Of a stretch of 32,000 bases of DNA, positions 8,226 through 18,420 are shown piece by piece (positions within the stretch are counted from its first letter, which is position 1; every line of letters starts with the position of its first letter). This DNA is from Alkalilimnicola ehrlichii MLHE-1 (lineage in GTDB: Bacteria > Pseudomonadota > Gammaproteobacteria > Nitrococcales > Halorhodospiraceae). Below the pieces are notes generated by a model. That model was not told where the DNA came from. It saw only the letters and a list, made by a program, of their open reading frames with translations, and searched no databases. Both the position numbers and the translations under genes were made by a program. Location of the stretch: contig NC_008340.1 in the NCBI RefSeq assembly GCF_000014785.1, positions 270,001 to 302,000 of the forward strand, in the 5' to 3' direction.

Positions 8226-8675
8226 TCAGCCCTCGCCGTCCGGCCTGCGGGTCATCAGCCCGACACCCGCCGCCCCGGCATCGCGTAGCCGCACCATCAC
8301 CGATACCACGTCGCCGTAGGGCACGTTGCTGTCGCCGTTGACCAGCACCCGCTTGTCGGGGCTGTCCGTCAATATGGCCATGACCGCACGGGAAAGTTCA
8401 CCCCTGTCCAGCGGTGCTTCCGGATCGTCGGCCATGTTCAGGTAGTAGCGACCGTCGGCATCCACCGAAACGATCAGCGGCTCCTGGGGCGGGTCCTGCT
8501 CGGCCTGGGCGTCCACCTGGGGCAGGTCCACGTCCACGCCCTGGTAGAGCAGCGGTGCGGTGACCATGAAGATGACCAGCAGCACCAGCATGACGTCGAT
8601 GTAGGGGACCACGTTGATCTCCGACATCGGCCGTCGCCGGGTACGGTGGCCCTGGGGGTTGGCGGAATAGGGCAC
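8226..8675 (-). CDS. tolR: biopolymer transport protein TolR
   Basis: RRRPMSEINVVPYIDVMLVLLVIFMVTAPLL motif; locus order. Confidence 0.94.
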   Translation of the reverse strand: MPYSANPQGHRTRRRPMSEINVVPYIDVMLVLLVIFMVTAPLLYQGVDVDLPQVDAQAEQDPPQEPLIVSVDADGRYYLNMADDPEAPLDRGELSRAVMAILTDSPDKRVLVNGDSNVPYGDVVSVMVRLRDAGAAGVGLMTRRPDGEG

Positions 8676-8687
8676 GGCGCGACCTCC

Positions 8688-9395
8688 TCAGTGGCCTGCC
8701 TGGCCGGCGGCGAATTCCGTGGGCCCATGGGTGTTGCGTTGCAGGATGCTGGTGAACTCCTCCACGAAGGTCTCGTAGCGGTTGATCAGCCGTTCCACCT
8801 GGTTGGCGTACTGGTTGTAGGCGATGACCGCCGGAATGGCCGCAAACAGCCCCAGCGCGGTGGCGATAAGGGCCTCGGCGATGCCCGGGGCCACGGTGGC
8901 GAGGGTGGCCTGCTGCATCTCACCCAGGGCGCGGAAGCTGTTCATGATGCCCCAGACGGTACCGAACAGACCCACATAGGGGCTCACCGACCCGACGGTG
9001 GCCAGGAAGGGGAGGTGGCGTTCCAAGTCGTCCATCTCCCGGGAGAGGGAAACCCGCATGGCCCGGTGCGAGGCCTCCACCATGGTACCGGGGGCGGTGC
9101 CCGTCTGCTTGCGCATCCGGGTGAACTCCTTGAACCCGGAGCGGAAGATCCGCTCCAGCCCGCCGTGATCCGGGTGGGGCTCGCGGATCTGGCGGTAGAT
9201 CTCGGCCAGATTACCGCCGGACCAGAAACGCTCCTCGAAGTGCACCGCCCCGTCGTGGGCCTTGCGGATGGTGGCGCGCTTGAGAAAAATCAGCGCCCAG
9301 GAGCTGACCGAGGCCAGCACCAGAATCAGCATGACCAGCTGCACCAGCAGGCTGGCCTCGAGAACAAGATGAGTGATGGATAATTCGCCCGACAT
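8688..9395 (-). CDS. tolQ: TolQ proton channel subunit
   Basis: FLATVGSVSPYVGLFGTVWGIMNSFRALGEMQQATLATVAPGIAEALIATALGLFAAIPAVIAYN is typical of TolQ/ExbB. Confidence 0.95.
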   Translation of the reverse strand: MSGELSITHLVLEASLLVQLVMLILVLASVSSWALIFLKRATIRKAHDGAVHFEERFWSGGNLAEIYRQIREPHPDHGGLERIFRSGFKEFTRMRKQTGTAPGTMVEASHRAMRVSLSREMDDLERHLPFLATVGSVSPYVGLFGTVWGIMNSFRALGEMQQATLATVAPGIAEALIATALGLFAAIPAVIAYNQYANQVERLINRYETFVEEFTSILQRNTHGPTEFAAGQAGH

Positions 9396-9555
9396 CAGCG
9401 CGCTCCGGTCGCGGCACCGCCCGTTGGATGGACCTTATGACAGCTCTAAGAAAGGGCGCGTAAGCCCATGGTTTGCAACGGGGACTAATGTAGCGGGAGC
9501 GGGGTCGGCGGGCAACCACCAAGGCTTAGGGGTAATGCGGGCGGCCGTCGCGCCC

Positions 9556-9755
9556 CGCCATCGGGAGGGGCGAAGGCTTTCCCCTCGTCATCGCGGGGGC
9601 CGAAGGCTTTCCCCTCGTCATCGCGAGGGCCGAAGGCCCGTGGCGATCCAGAGCGGTAGACTGCCACGTCGGCTTCGCCTCCTCGCAGTGACGGTGGGGG
9701 TGGGTCCGCGTTCGCAGTGACGGTGGGGGCGACCCTCGCGATGGCGGGGGACGCC
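9556..9755. repeat. dispersed repeat in inverted orientation with extra tail units
   Basis: tcatcgcgagggccgaaggcccgtggcgatccagagcggtagactgccacgtcggcttcgcctcctcgcagtgacgg is the reverse complement of the 4210 unit; preceded by two cgaaggctttcccctcgtcatcgcg tail units. Confidence 0.85.
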
Positions 9756-9763
9756 GGTAAGGC

Positions 9764-12094
9764 CTACACGTCTTCCTCGTCCTCGTAGCCGGAGTAGTCC
9801 CGCTCCTCGTCGTGGGTGGCCTCCGGTTCGGCCATCGTCGCCTCCACGGCCGCCAGGGCGCTCATGTTGACGATCGCCCGCACGGTGGAGGAGGGCGTCA
9901 GGATGTGCGCCGGTCGCGCCGAGCCGAGCAGGATGGGCCCCACCGAGACGCCGTCGGTGGTCACCTTCAGCAGGTTGAAGGCGATATTGGCCGCGTCCAG
10001 GGTGGGCATGACCAGCAGGTTGGCCTGCCCCTTGAGCTCATTGTTGGGGAAGATGCGCTTGCGGATCTCCTCCGAGACCGCGGCATCGCCGTGCATCTCG
10101 CCCTCCACGTCCAGGCCGGGGTCGGCGTCGCGGATCAGCTGCAGGGCGTCCCGCATCTTCCGGGCGCTCTCGGCGTTGGAGGTGCCAAAGCTGGAGTGCG
10201 ATAGCAGGGCCACCTTGGGGGTAATGCCGAAGCGTCGGACCTCGTCGGCGGCCAGGGTGGTCATCTCGGCGATCTGATGGGCGTTGGGGTCGTGGTTGAC
10301 GTAGGTGTCCACGATAAAGAACGTGCCCTTGGGCAGGATGAGCACGTTCATCGCCGCCATGTTGCGCACCCCCGCCCGGCGCCCGATCACATTTTCGATG
10401 TGCCCTATTTGCCGATGGTAACGGCCCACACTGCCGCCGACGAGCGCGTCCGCCTCGCCGCGCCGGACCATCAGTGCGCCGATCACCGTGGTCCGGGTGC
10501 GCACGATGGTGCGGGCCCGGGCCGGGGTGACACCGCGCCGCTCCATGATGGAGTGGTAGAGCTGCCAGTACTCGCGGTAGCGGGGATCGTCCTCCGGGTC
10601 GGCCAGATCCACGTTCTTGCCGATCTCCAGGCGCAGGCCCAGGCGCTTGATGCGCATCTCCACCACTTTGCGCCGGCCGACCAGGATGGGCTTGGCCAGG
10701 CCGTCGTCCACCACCACCTGTACGGCACGCAGTACCCGTTCCTCCTCGCCATCGGTGTAGACCACCCGCTTGGGGTTGGTGCGCGCCCGCTCGAAGATGG
10801 GCTTCATCACCAGGCCCGATTGGAAGACGAACTGCGACAGCTCCATGTGGTAGGCGTCGAAGTCCTCGATGGGCCGGGTGGCCACGCCGCTCTCCGTGGC
10901 CGCCCTGGCCACCGCCGGGGCGATCTTCAGGATCAAGCGCGGGTCAAAGGGCCGGGGGATGAGGTACTCCGGGCCGAACCGCAATGACTTGCCGCCATAG
11001 GCGGCGGTGACCACGTCGGAGGATTCGGCCATGGCCAGATCGGCAATGGCATAGACGGCGGCCAGCTTCATCTCCTCGTTGATGGTGGTGGCACCCACGT
11101 CCAGCGCCCCCCGGAAGATGAAGGGGAAGCAGAGCACGTTGTTGACCTGGTTGGGGTAGTCCGACCGACCGGTGGCGATGATGGCGTCCGGGCGCGCCTC
11201 CTTGGCCAGCTCCGGCAGGATCTCCGGCACCGGGTTGGCCAGCGCCATGATGATGGGACTGTCGGCCATCTGCTTGACCATCGCCTGGCTGAGCACCCCG
11301 GGTGCGGACAGCCCGAGGAAGATGTCGGCACCCTCGATGACCTCCTTCATGGTGCGGGCGGAGGTCTCGCGGGCGTAGCCCTCCTTGCGCTCGTCCATGT
11401 ACTCCTTGCGGCCCTTGTAGACGATGCCTTTGGAGTCGGCGACGAAGATGTTCTCCTTGTTCATGCCCATGGACACCAGGATGTCCAGGCAGGCGATGGC
11501 CGCCGCGCCGGCACCGGAGCAACAAAGCTTCACGTCCTCGATCTTCTTGTCCACCACCCGCAGGCCGTTGAGCACCGCCGCGGCGGTGATAATGGCGGTG
11601 CCGTGCTGGTCGTCGTGGAAGACCGGGATGTTCATCCGCTTGCGCAGCGCGGACTCCACCTGGAAGCACTCCGGGGCCTTGATGTCCTCCAGGTTGATGC
11701 CGCCGAAGGTGGGCTCCAGGCTGGCGATGATCTCGGTGAGCTTGTCCGGGTCCTGCTCATTGATCTCGATGTCGAAGACATCAATGCCGGCGAACTTCTT
11801 GAACAGGACGCCCTTGCCCTCCATCACCGGCTTGGAGGCCAGCGGGCCGATATTGCCCAGGCCGAGCACGGCGGTGCCGTTGGTGATCACCGCCACCATA
11901 TTGCCCCGCGCGGTGTACTTTGAAGCCGCCTGCGGATCGTTGACGATCTCCTCGCAGGCCGCCGCCACGCCCGGCGAGTAGGCCAGCGCCAGGTCACGCT
12001 GGTTGGCCAGCGGCTTGGTGGGCACGACCTGCAGCTTACCGGGGCGGGGGAATTCGTGGTATTCGAGGGCGTTGTCGCGGAAGTTGTCGGACAT
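9764..12094 (-). CDS. maeB: NADP-dependent malic enzyme with C-terminal phosphotransacetylase-like domain (MaeB type)
   Basis: N-terminal malic enzyme ([57 protein letters not shown]) and C-terminal PTA-like domain ([19 protein letters not shown]...[18 protein letters not shown]). Start chosen at MSDNFRDN. Confidence 0.94.
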   Translation of the reverse strand: MSDNFRDNALEYHEFPRPGKLQVVPTKPLANQRDLALAYSPGVAAACEEIVNDPQAASKYTARGNMVAVITNGTAVLGLGNIGPLASKPVMEGKGVLFKKFAGIDVFDIEINEQDPDKLTEIIASLEPTFGGINLEDIKAPECFQVESALRKRMNIPVFHDDQHGTAIITAAAVLNGLRVVDKKIEDVKLCCSGAGAAAIACLDILVSMGMNKENIFVADSKGIVYKGRKEYMDERKEGYARETSARTMKEVIEGADIFLGLSAPGVLSQAMVKQMADSPIIMALANPVPEILPELAKEARPDAIIATGRSDYPNQVNNVLCFPFIFRGALDVGATTINEEMKLAAVYAIADLAMAESSDVVTAAYGGKSLRFGPEYLIPRPFDPRLILKIAPAVARAATESGVATRPIEDFDAYHMELSQFVFQSGLVMKPIFERARTNPKRVVYTDGEEERVLRAVQVVVDDGLAKPILVGRRKVVEMRIKRLGLRLEIGKNVDLADPEDDPRYREYWQLYHSIMERRGVTPARARTIVRTRTTVIGALMVRRGEADALVGGSVGRYHRQIGHIENVIGRRAGVRNMAAMNVLILPKGTFFIVDTYVNHDPNAHQIAEMTTLAADEVRRFGITPKVALLSHSSFGTSNAESARKMRDALQLIRDADPGLDVEGEMHGDAAVSEEIRKRIFPNNELKGQANLLVMPTLDAANIAFNLLKVTTDGVSVGPILLGSARPAHILTPSSTVRAIVNMSALAAVEATMAEPEATHDEERDYSGYEDEEDV

Positions 12095-12361
12095 GGTGTC
12101 TCCGAGCTTGTTGTCCTGGTTCTGGGGTCGGATCGAGGGTCGGGTGCTGATTTGATTTATTATTACCGCCGTCGGGTGTTTCCGGGGCGCACAAGAACAG
12201 TGCAACCGGGACCGCACAGGCCGCGTCAGGGCAGGGCGTCAATCCGTGCGCCGGCGGTCATTAATAATCGACTGCACCTTCCAATTATAGAGCCCTATGG
12301 CCCGGTCTGGCCACCGTGGTCAGACAACCTTTCCAGGGCGCAGCATAGGATCGTGGGTCCG

Positions 12362-13052
12362 CTACCGCCGCGCCAGCCTGTCGCGAAGCCAGTCCCGGAT
12401 AATGGCCCCCGGGTTGGCGAGTGATGAGCGCCCCTCGGCTGTTTCCTTGATCACGGCAAGGACCTGTGCATCCTGTCGTTTCGGGCGCCGCTTGCCCCAT
12501 GCGGTCAGCCCGGCATCCAGGGCCTCGGTAAACCCGCGGCTCCAGGCCTGCAGTTCGTCGCTGGTCAGATCGGCGGGCAGCAGCACCAGTCGGGGCTCTC
12601 CGGAGAGCCCGCCAAGAGGCTCCTGCAATTCCTCCAGGCGTTGCATGAGCCCGTTCCGGCGGGGCGAGCTCAGCGCGATGGTAGAGCACCAGCAGGCACT
12701 CGATGCCCGGCGCCGTGGCCTTGTCGGCGTTGAGCGCGACCGCCCGGTCTGCCGCCTCGAGGAAGTCCTCGCCGCGCCGCTTGCCGTCCTCGGCCATACG
12801 ACGGGCCTCGTCCAGGAGCAGGTGCAGCAGCTGGGCAGGGGCCAACCTGGGATCGGCCGATTCCCCGGAGGCGGTCATCACCTCCTTCACGAGCTGCCGG
12901 GCTACGCCGCGGTGGGTGACCAGGCGCCGGACATGGTCGGTAATGGTATCGGGCTGGCGCAAAAGCACGTTGTCGTCCGGTCGCGCGAGCAGGGCCAATA
13001 CATTGTCCATTTCGCGGGCCCAGTGGGGACGGTGTGTTTTCTTGCGGCTCAT
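12362..13052 (-). pseudogene. hypothetical protein gene, apparently split by a frameshift near 12650
   Basis: The N-terminal half is in one frame (MSRKKTHRPHWAREMDN...LLVLYHRAELAPPERA) and the C-terminal half continues in a shifted frame (LMQRLEELQEPLGGLSGEPRLVLLPADLTSDELQAW...IIRDWLRDRLARR). Confidence 0.5.
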
Positions 13053-13176
13053 AGTGGCTGGCTATCGTTTGTGGCAATGAATAATGTGGCGATGAACCAA
13101 TCGGGCCTGCGACAGGGCGTCCGCCGGCCCAATCAGCGTAACCCGAAGCCGGTGAGGAGGTAGCCGTGGAGGGTGA

Positions 13177-14214
<1,038 letters not shown>

Positions 14215-14476
14215 GGAGGCTGAAAGAACGCTTTGGCCGGCCTCACCCCGACGTGCCCGCACGCCGGCCAGAGCGCAGCCGAAAACCTTAAGCAATGATG
14301 TGGGAACTGACGTTTTTCGGCAGTCCGTAGCGCCTGGTAGGGGCAGTGACCCTTTTTTGAGAGGGGAAAAGGCGACGCCTTAGGCATTGGCCTCGCCGGA
14401 CGGCGAGATAATGTTGGTGTTTAAAAACAGTGAGTTGGAGGGCGCTTGGCTGAATGGAGCCTGGCCGCGCCTGAGT

Positions 14477-14494
14477 TGGCAATACTTTTGCATT
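14477..14494 (+). promoter_or_regulatory. putative sigma-54 promoter upstream of pilin 1
   Basis: ttGGcaatacttttGCat: -24 GG and -12 GC separated by exactly 10 nt, ~90 bp before the pilin start. Confidence 0.75.
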
Positions 14495-14583
14495 GGTAAA
14501 CGTTGAGGGGAGGGCATCCTCCCGCGTCATACGCGCCCGGCGACGGGTGGATAGTTAAAAGTCGACTCTACGGGAGAACGACC

Positions 14584-15000
14584 ATGCAAAAGCAACAGGG
14601 TTTTACTTTGATCGAGCTGATGATCGTGGTGGCGATCATCGGTATTTTGGCGGCGATTGCGATTCCGCAGTATCAGAATTATGTTACTCGGTCTCAGGCA
14701 TCTTCGGCGTTGAGCACGCTCTCTTCTCTGAGGACCTCATTTGAGGAGGCTATTCAACGAGGAGTGGACCCTTCATTTAATTCAGAGGATGCTGGTTTTA
14801 TCGGCATGGCAAGTGACGAACCGGACATCGGTACGCTGTCTTTCAGAGCGGACGACGGTGGTCTTGATTTTGACTTTAGTACTGAGGCCACTGCTGATCT
14901 TCAAAACGGAACATTGTCACTCGTAAGAACTGCACAAGGTTCTTGGAGCTGCCAGAGCGATGGTATAGAAGACCGTTTCCTCCCGCGGGGCTGTGACTAA
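14584..15000 (+). CDS. pilA: type IV pilin, major pilin-like, with C-terminal disulfide pair
   Basis: [38 protein letters not shown]; C-terminal [17 protein letters not shown]. Confidence 0.93.
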   Translation: MQKQQGFTLIELMIVVAIIGILAAIAIPQYQNYVTRSQASSALSTLSSLRTSFEEAIQRGVDPSFNSEDAGFIGMASDEPDIGTLSFRADDGGLDFDFSTEATADLQNGTLSLVRTAQGSWSCQSDGIEDRFLPRGCD

Positions 15001-15112
15001 GCAAGTGGGGGTCAGAGCTAGGGGTGAGGTCTTGCACTGCCACATTGGCTGAGGGAACGAGTTGATTGCTGGCAGTTGATTTCGGGTCCTAACTCCCGGC
15101 CCTAGCCTTGAG

Positions 15113-15140
15113 AGCCCCGGTGTAACAGCCGGGGCTTTTC
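15113..15140 (+). terminator. rho-independent terminator after pilin 1
   Basis: agccccgg-tgtaacag-ccggggct-tttctt: perfect 8-bp stem plus T-rich tail. Confidence 0.85.
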
Positions 15141-15165
15141 TTCTGGCAGGGCAGAAATGGATACT

Positions 15166-15579
15166 TTAGCTGTTGCCTCGCGCGCCCCGGTATTCGTTCA
15201 GGATTGGCAGCAAGTCCCAATACTCGTTCCGCGACTGCACTTCGAACGCGACTCGCCTGTTCGGCGCCTTGTCGATCAGTAACAGACCGTCGCGCAGCAC
15301 ACGGTGAACAAGGTCCGGCGGTACCTGGTTCAGGTGCACCAGGTCTACCCTGCGGCCGAGCGCATCTTCCAGATTCAGCTTCAATCGGGTAAGGGGTTTG
15401 AGAAGCCCCGGCTCGATCTCATCCGGGGTGAGCACAGCGATGTCCACGTCGCTTCGGGGGCCTGCGTCACCGCGAGCGACGCTGCCGAAAAGATAAGCGT
15501 AGATGACGGCAGGCTCATCCGTAAGCAACGGTGTGAGCTGGTTGGCCAGGCCGTGTGGGTCATGCGTCGGCAATTCCAT
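15166..15579 (-). CDS. MNT-type minimal nucleotidyltransferase (MntA antitoxin-like)
   Basis: AYLFGSVARGDAGPRSDVDIAVL is the GSxARG...SDxD signature; C-terminal VAFEVQSRNEYWDLLPILNEYR is typical of HEPN-partner MNT proteins. Start chosen at MELPTHD. Confidence 0.8.
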   Translation of the reverse strand: MELPTHDPHGLANQLTPLLTDEPAVIYAYLFGSVARGDAGPRSDVDIAVLTPDEIEPGLLKPLTRLKLNLEDALGRRVDLVHLNQVPPDLVHRVLRDGLLLIDKAPNRRVAFEVQSRNEYWDLLPILNEYRGARGNS

Positions 15580-15629
15580 CCCGTTATGCTGAGCGGGTCG
15601 TGCCGCCTGTGCAAGGCGGGTGTGAACGC

Positions 15630-15939
15630 CAAGGGTATGCGCTACCTCAACGGGGTTTACACTCAGTTCGTGAGCCGGACGCACCGGCGTGTCGGGCCTG
15701 TCTTTCAGGGCCGCTACAAGGCCATCCTGGTTGAAAAAGGGGATTATCTGCTCGAACTGGCCCGCTATGTGGCGCTGAATCCGGTGCGAGCGGAAATGGT
15801 CAATGATGCTGCCGATTGGCCCTGGCGCAGCCACCGGGCGATGCTTGGGGCCGTGGAGGTGCCCGACTGGTTGACGTGCGACCGGCTGCGCCAGCAAATC
15901 TACCTTGGCACAGAACCTGCTGGTTATCTCCCACGATAA
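15630..15939 (+). mobile_element. 5'-truncated REP-associated / IS200-like (Y1) transposase remnant
   Basis: MRYLNGVYTQFVSRTHRRVGPVFQGRYKAILVEKGDYLLELARYVALNPVRAEMVNDAADWPWRSHRAML matches the C-terminal half of RAYT/Y1 transposases. The catalytic HUH half (LMTNHVHLL-type) is absent. Confidence 0.78.
15905..15922 (+). promoter_or_regulatory. putative sigma-54 promoter upstream of pilin 2
   Basis: ttGGcacagaacctGCtg: GG-N10-GC spacing and a close match to TGGCAC-N5-TTGCT. It lies inside the transposase remnant, ~30 bp before the pilin start. Confidence 0.65.
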
Positions 15940-15948
15940 GGGGGAGTT

Positions 15949-16386
15949 ATGAGCCAGAAGCAGCGGGGGTTCACACTGATTGAGCTGATGATGGTCGTCG
16001 CGATCATCGGCATCCTTGCAGCCATCGCGATACCGTCCTACATGGGCTATGTCGCACGCGCTCAGTTTGCGGATGGCCTGTCCCTGACCGGTATGGCCAA
16101 GACGGCCGTTGCCGAGCGCCTGCAGCGCGGGGAGTCATTCTCGAGTCTGGAGGATGACCTGGGAATGCAAATGGTGGGCGGCTTTGGCGGGCTCATTGAG
16201 AGGGGGTTCGACGGCAATGAGCAGGGGACCTGGACCCTTGAATACGAGTTCGGTCTGAACGGCCAGGATGTCAACTGGCTATTGGACGGCAAGAATGTCC
16301 GCTATGTCTATGACTTTGATTCCGGTGGCTGGTCGTGCCAGACGGATGTCGCGCAACGCTACGTGACAGGCTGCGAATCCGACTGA
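15949..16386 (+). CDS. second type IV pilin
   Basis: [39 protein letters not shown]; C-terminal Cys pair [17 protein letters not shown]; ggggag ribosome-binding site. Confidence 0.92.
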   Translation: MSQKQRGFTLIELMMVVAIIGILAAIAIPSYMGYVARAQFADGLSLTGMAKTAVAERLQRGESFSSLEDDLGMQMVGGFGGLIERGFDGNEQGTWTLEYEFGLNGQDVNWLLDGKNVRYVYDFDSGGWSCQTDVAQRYVTGCESD

Positions 16387-16694
16387 GTTAGGGGGTGGCG
16401 TGAATCGTTCACATTGCCGTGATGGGTGACGCGATGGGGTGACCATTTGCGTCATCGGTGGCGTGTAGCGTCAATGTTGCTGCACGTGCTTTCCTTCATC
16501 AGGCTTTTCTACTGGTAACGATTGGCGACAGGAACACGTGAATCCGGCGAGTCCTGCCGTGGTGCTTTCATTTATTGAGTGCGCTTCTTGGTTTTTTTGG
16601 TCCGATCTCTGCATCATTGCTCAGCGCGGGGTCCATCCTGCGGTAACCGGGACAATTCGGCCCCATTTCCAACTAGCCACAGGACCAACTCATC

Positions 16695-17201
16695 GTGCCG
16701 ACGCGCAGCCGAATCAATATCCCCAGTCCGGGGTTCACGCTCGTAGAGCTGCTTGTCACCCTGTTTGTGGCAGCCGTTCTGCTTGGCATTGCTGTACCAA
16801 GCTTCCAGCACTTGGTTGAGAACAATCGGGTGGTCTCCAACACCAATGCCTTCCAGGGTGTGCTGCAGTACGCTCGCTCCGAGGCATCACGCCGCCAGGA
16901 AGTAGTCAGCCTGTGTCCATTGAATGGTGGTTGGTCAGAGGGAGCTTACGTGGTTTTGGGTGCCAGTTGCGATGGTTGGAGCGGTAATGATCCAGATGAG
17001 CTGCGGCGTGTGTCTCTGGACGAGCGCCTAAACGTTGAGGCGGACTTTCCAGGGCGTTTGACGTTTCTAGTCAATGGCCAGGTGAATGGCGCGCAGGGGA
17101 TGCGCACAATCACCATTTCATCGGGGATCCAGAGTATCGATATGAGACGGATTAGTTTGCTCGGGTCAGGGGCCTCGAGGGTTGAGCGTGTGGAGGATTG
17201 A
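16695..17201 (+). CDS. fimT: GspH/FimT-family minor pseudopilin
   Basis: GFTLVELLVTLFVAAVLLGIAVPSFQHLVENNRVVSNTNAFQGVLQYARSEASRRQEVVSLCP. Confidence 0.87.
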   Translation: MPTRSRINIPSPGFTLVELLVTLFVAAVLLGIAVPSFQHLVENNRVVSNTNAFQGVLQYARSEASRRQEVVSLCPLNGGWSEGAYVVLGASCDGWSGNDPDELRRVSLDERLNVEADFPGRLTFLVNGQVNGAQGMRTITISSGIQSIDMRRISLLGSGASRVERVED

Positions 17202-17244
17202 CGCCGTGTGGTATTTCTCGTCAGACATGTGGCAGTGCCGGACA

Positions 17245-17667
17245 ATGATCGGGAATCGAGGCTTTACGCTTATAGAGGCATTGGTGGCGCTGGTCATTAT
17301 CGCTATTGGTGTGCTTGGGATAGGCAGCCTGGTGCTCCAGTCGTTGCGCGCGAGCACGGATGCCAATCAAAACACCATGGCGGCTATTCTCGCTTTGGAT
17401 GTCAACGAGAGAGCGTGGATTGAGGCTGCTGGAGGCCAGTTGGACGACTGCGACTGGGACCAAGTCACTGGTCTGGAGGGAGCTCCCCATCCTTTTTGGG
17501 CGGGTGAGGTGGATTATCTTGCCGGGGCGGGCATCCGCGTCACCGGTGCATTCCCAGACTGCGATTTGATCGTTGAATGGGATGGCAACGCGGGCGGCGT
17601 CTTCGGTGATCGTGACGACATGCAATTTGTGCACGCTTTCGTGTTGCCGGATCTCGACCAGTTATGA
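17245..17667 (+). CDS. pilV: type IV pilus modification protein PilV
   Basis: MIGNRGFTLIEALVALVIIAIGVLGIGSLVLQSLRASTDANQNTMAAILALDVNERA. Confidence 0.87.
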   Translation: MIGNRGFTLIEALVALVIIAIGVLGIGSLVLQSLRASTDANQNTMAAILALDVNERAWIEAAGGQLDDCDWDQVTGLEGAPHPFWAGEVDYLAGAGIRVTGAFPDCDLIVEWDGNAGGVFGDRDDMQFVHAFVLPDLDQL

Positions 17668-18356
17668 GGTGGTCCATGACTCGTTATTCTTACAGGCGGC
17701 ACAAAGGGTTCTCCTTGGTGGAGCTCATGATCGGGCTCCTGATCGGGACGCTGTTAGTGGGCGGAGTGGTTGCCGTCTTCGTGAACGCTATGGCGAGTTT
17801 TGAGCGCCAGCGGGAGGTTGACCGGTCGCAGGAGTCCCTGCGCTACGCGGTGAACTTCCTGGTGCGTGAACTACGACAGGTTAGCGCTGGGGGAGGTGAC
17901 TTCGGTGTTGTCAATCCCGGTTTGGAAGTGGAAGCGGCCCCAGATGCAGCAAGAGGGCATCGTATTACCGTTCGATATCAGGTGTTCGACGATGGAGAGG
18001 CCCAGTCCTGTCGGGGTGATGATCTGGCGGAGGGTGACGAGGCAGAGAAAAGCTTCTTCGTTGGAACCCCCACTGGCGAGCCCCTTTTGATTTGTGAGGA
18101 TGACGACGGTGAGACACCTATCGCCTTCGGTTTAAATGCGTTGACCGTAGTGGCGTTGATGGTCGATGACAATCAGGACGGCGATTACGAGGTCGAGGAT
18201 GATCCGGATTCGGGGTGGTTTGATGGCAGCGAGGCGCTCGATGACGTCATCGGGCTTCGTCTCGAATTCGGGCAGCAATGGGTGGATGAGCAGACGCGCC
18301 CAGTCGAGGTCACGGTAGGCTTGCGAAACCGGATCTTTCAGCGCTTGCTGGAATGA
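17664..18356 (+). CDS. pilW: PilW-family minor pilin
   Basis: KGFSLVELMIGLLIGTLLVGGVVAVFVNAMASFERQREVDRSQESLRYAVNFLVRELRQVS; 4-bp overlap with pilV. Confidence 0.86.
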   Translation: MRWSMTRYSYRRHKGFSLVELMIGLLIGTLLVGGVVAVFVNAMASFERQREVDRSQESLRYAVNFLVRELRQVSAGGGDFGVVNPGLEVEAAPDAARGHRITVRYQVFDDGEAQSCRGDDLAEGDEAEKSFFVGTPTGEPLLICEDDDGETPIAFGLNALTVVALMVDDNQDGDYEVEDDPDSGWFDGSEALDDVIGLRLEFGQQWVDEQTRPVEVTVGLRNRIFQRLLE

Positions 18357-18420
18357 TTGATTGGGTTTCAAGGGTGGCAGTGTAACTCAGCAGTTGATTG
18401 AGGGCTTGGGAGAACCGTCA

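Noticed and set aside
7388-8341. 317-aa plus-strand and 263-aa minus-strand alternative ORFs over tolA
   Set aside because: Alternative-frame readings of the tolA coiled-coil repeat; the minus 7223..8224 frame has the TolA TM and C-terminal domain.
15580-15897. Upstream 106-aa extension of the nucleotidyltransferase ORF (MLAQPVARQPVGHLHG...)
   Set aside because: The extension is antisense to the transposase remnant and has no MNT-like sequence; the real start is most likely ATG at 15579.
16538-16819. Short ORFs between pilin 2 and fimT
   Set aside because: No recognisable motifs or good ribosome-binding sites; they overlap the FimT frame and look non-coding.
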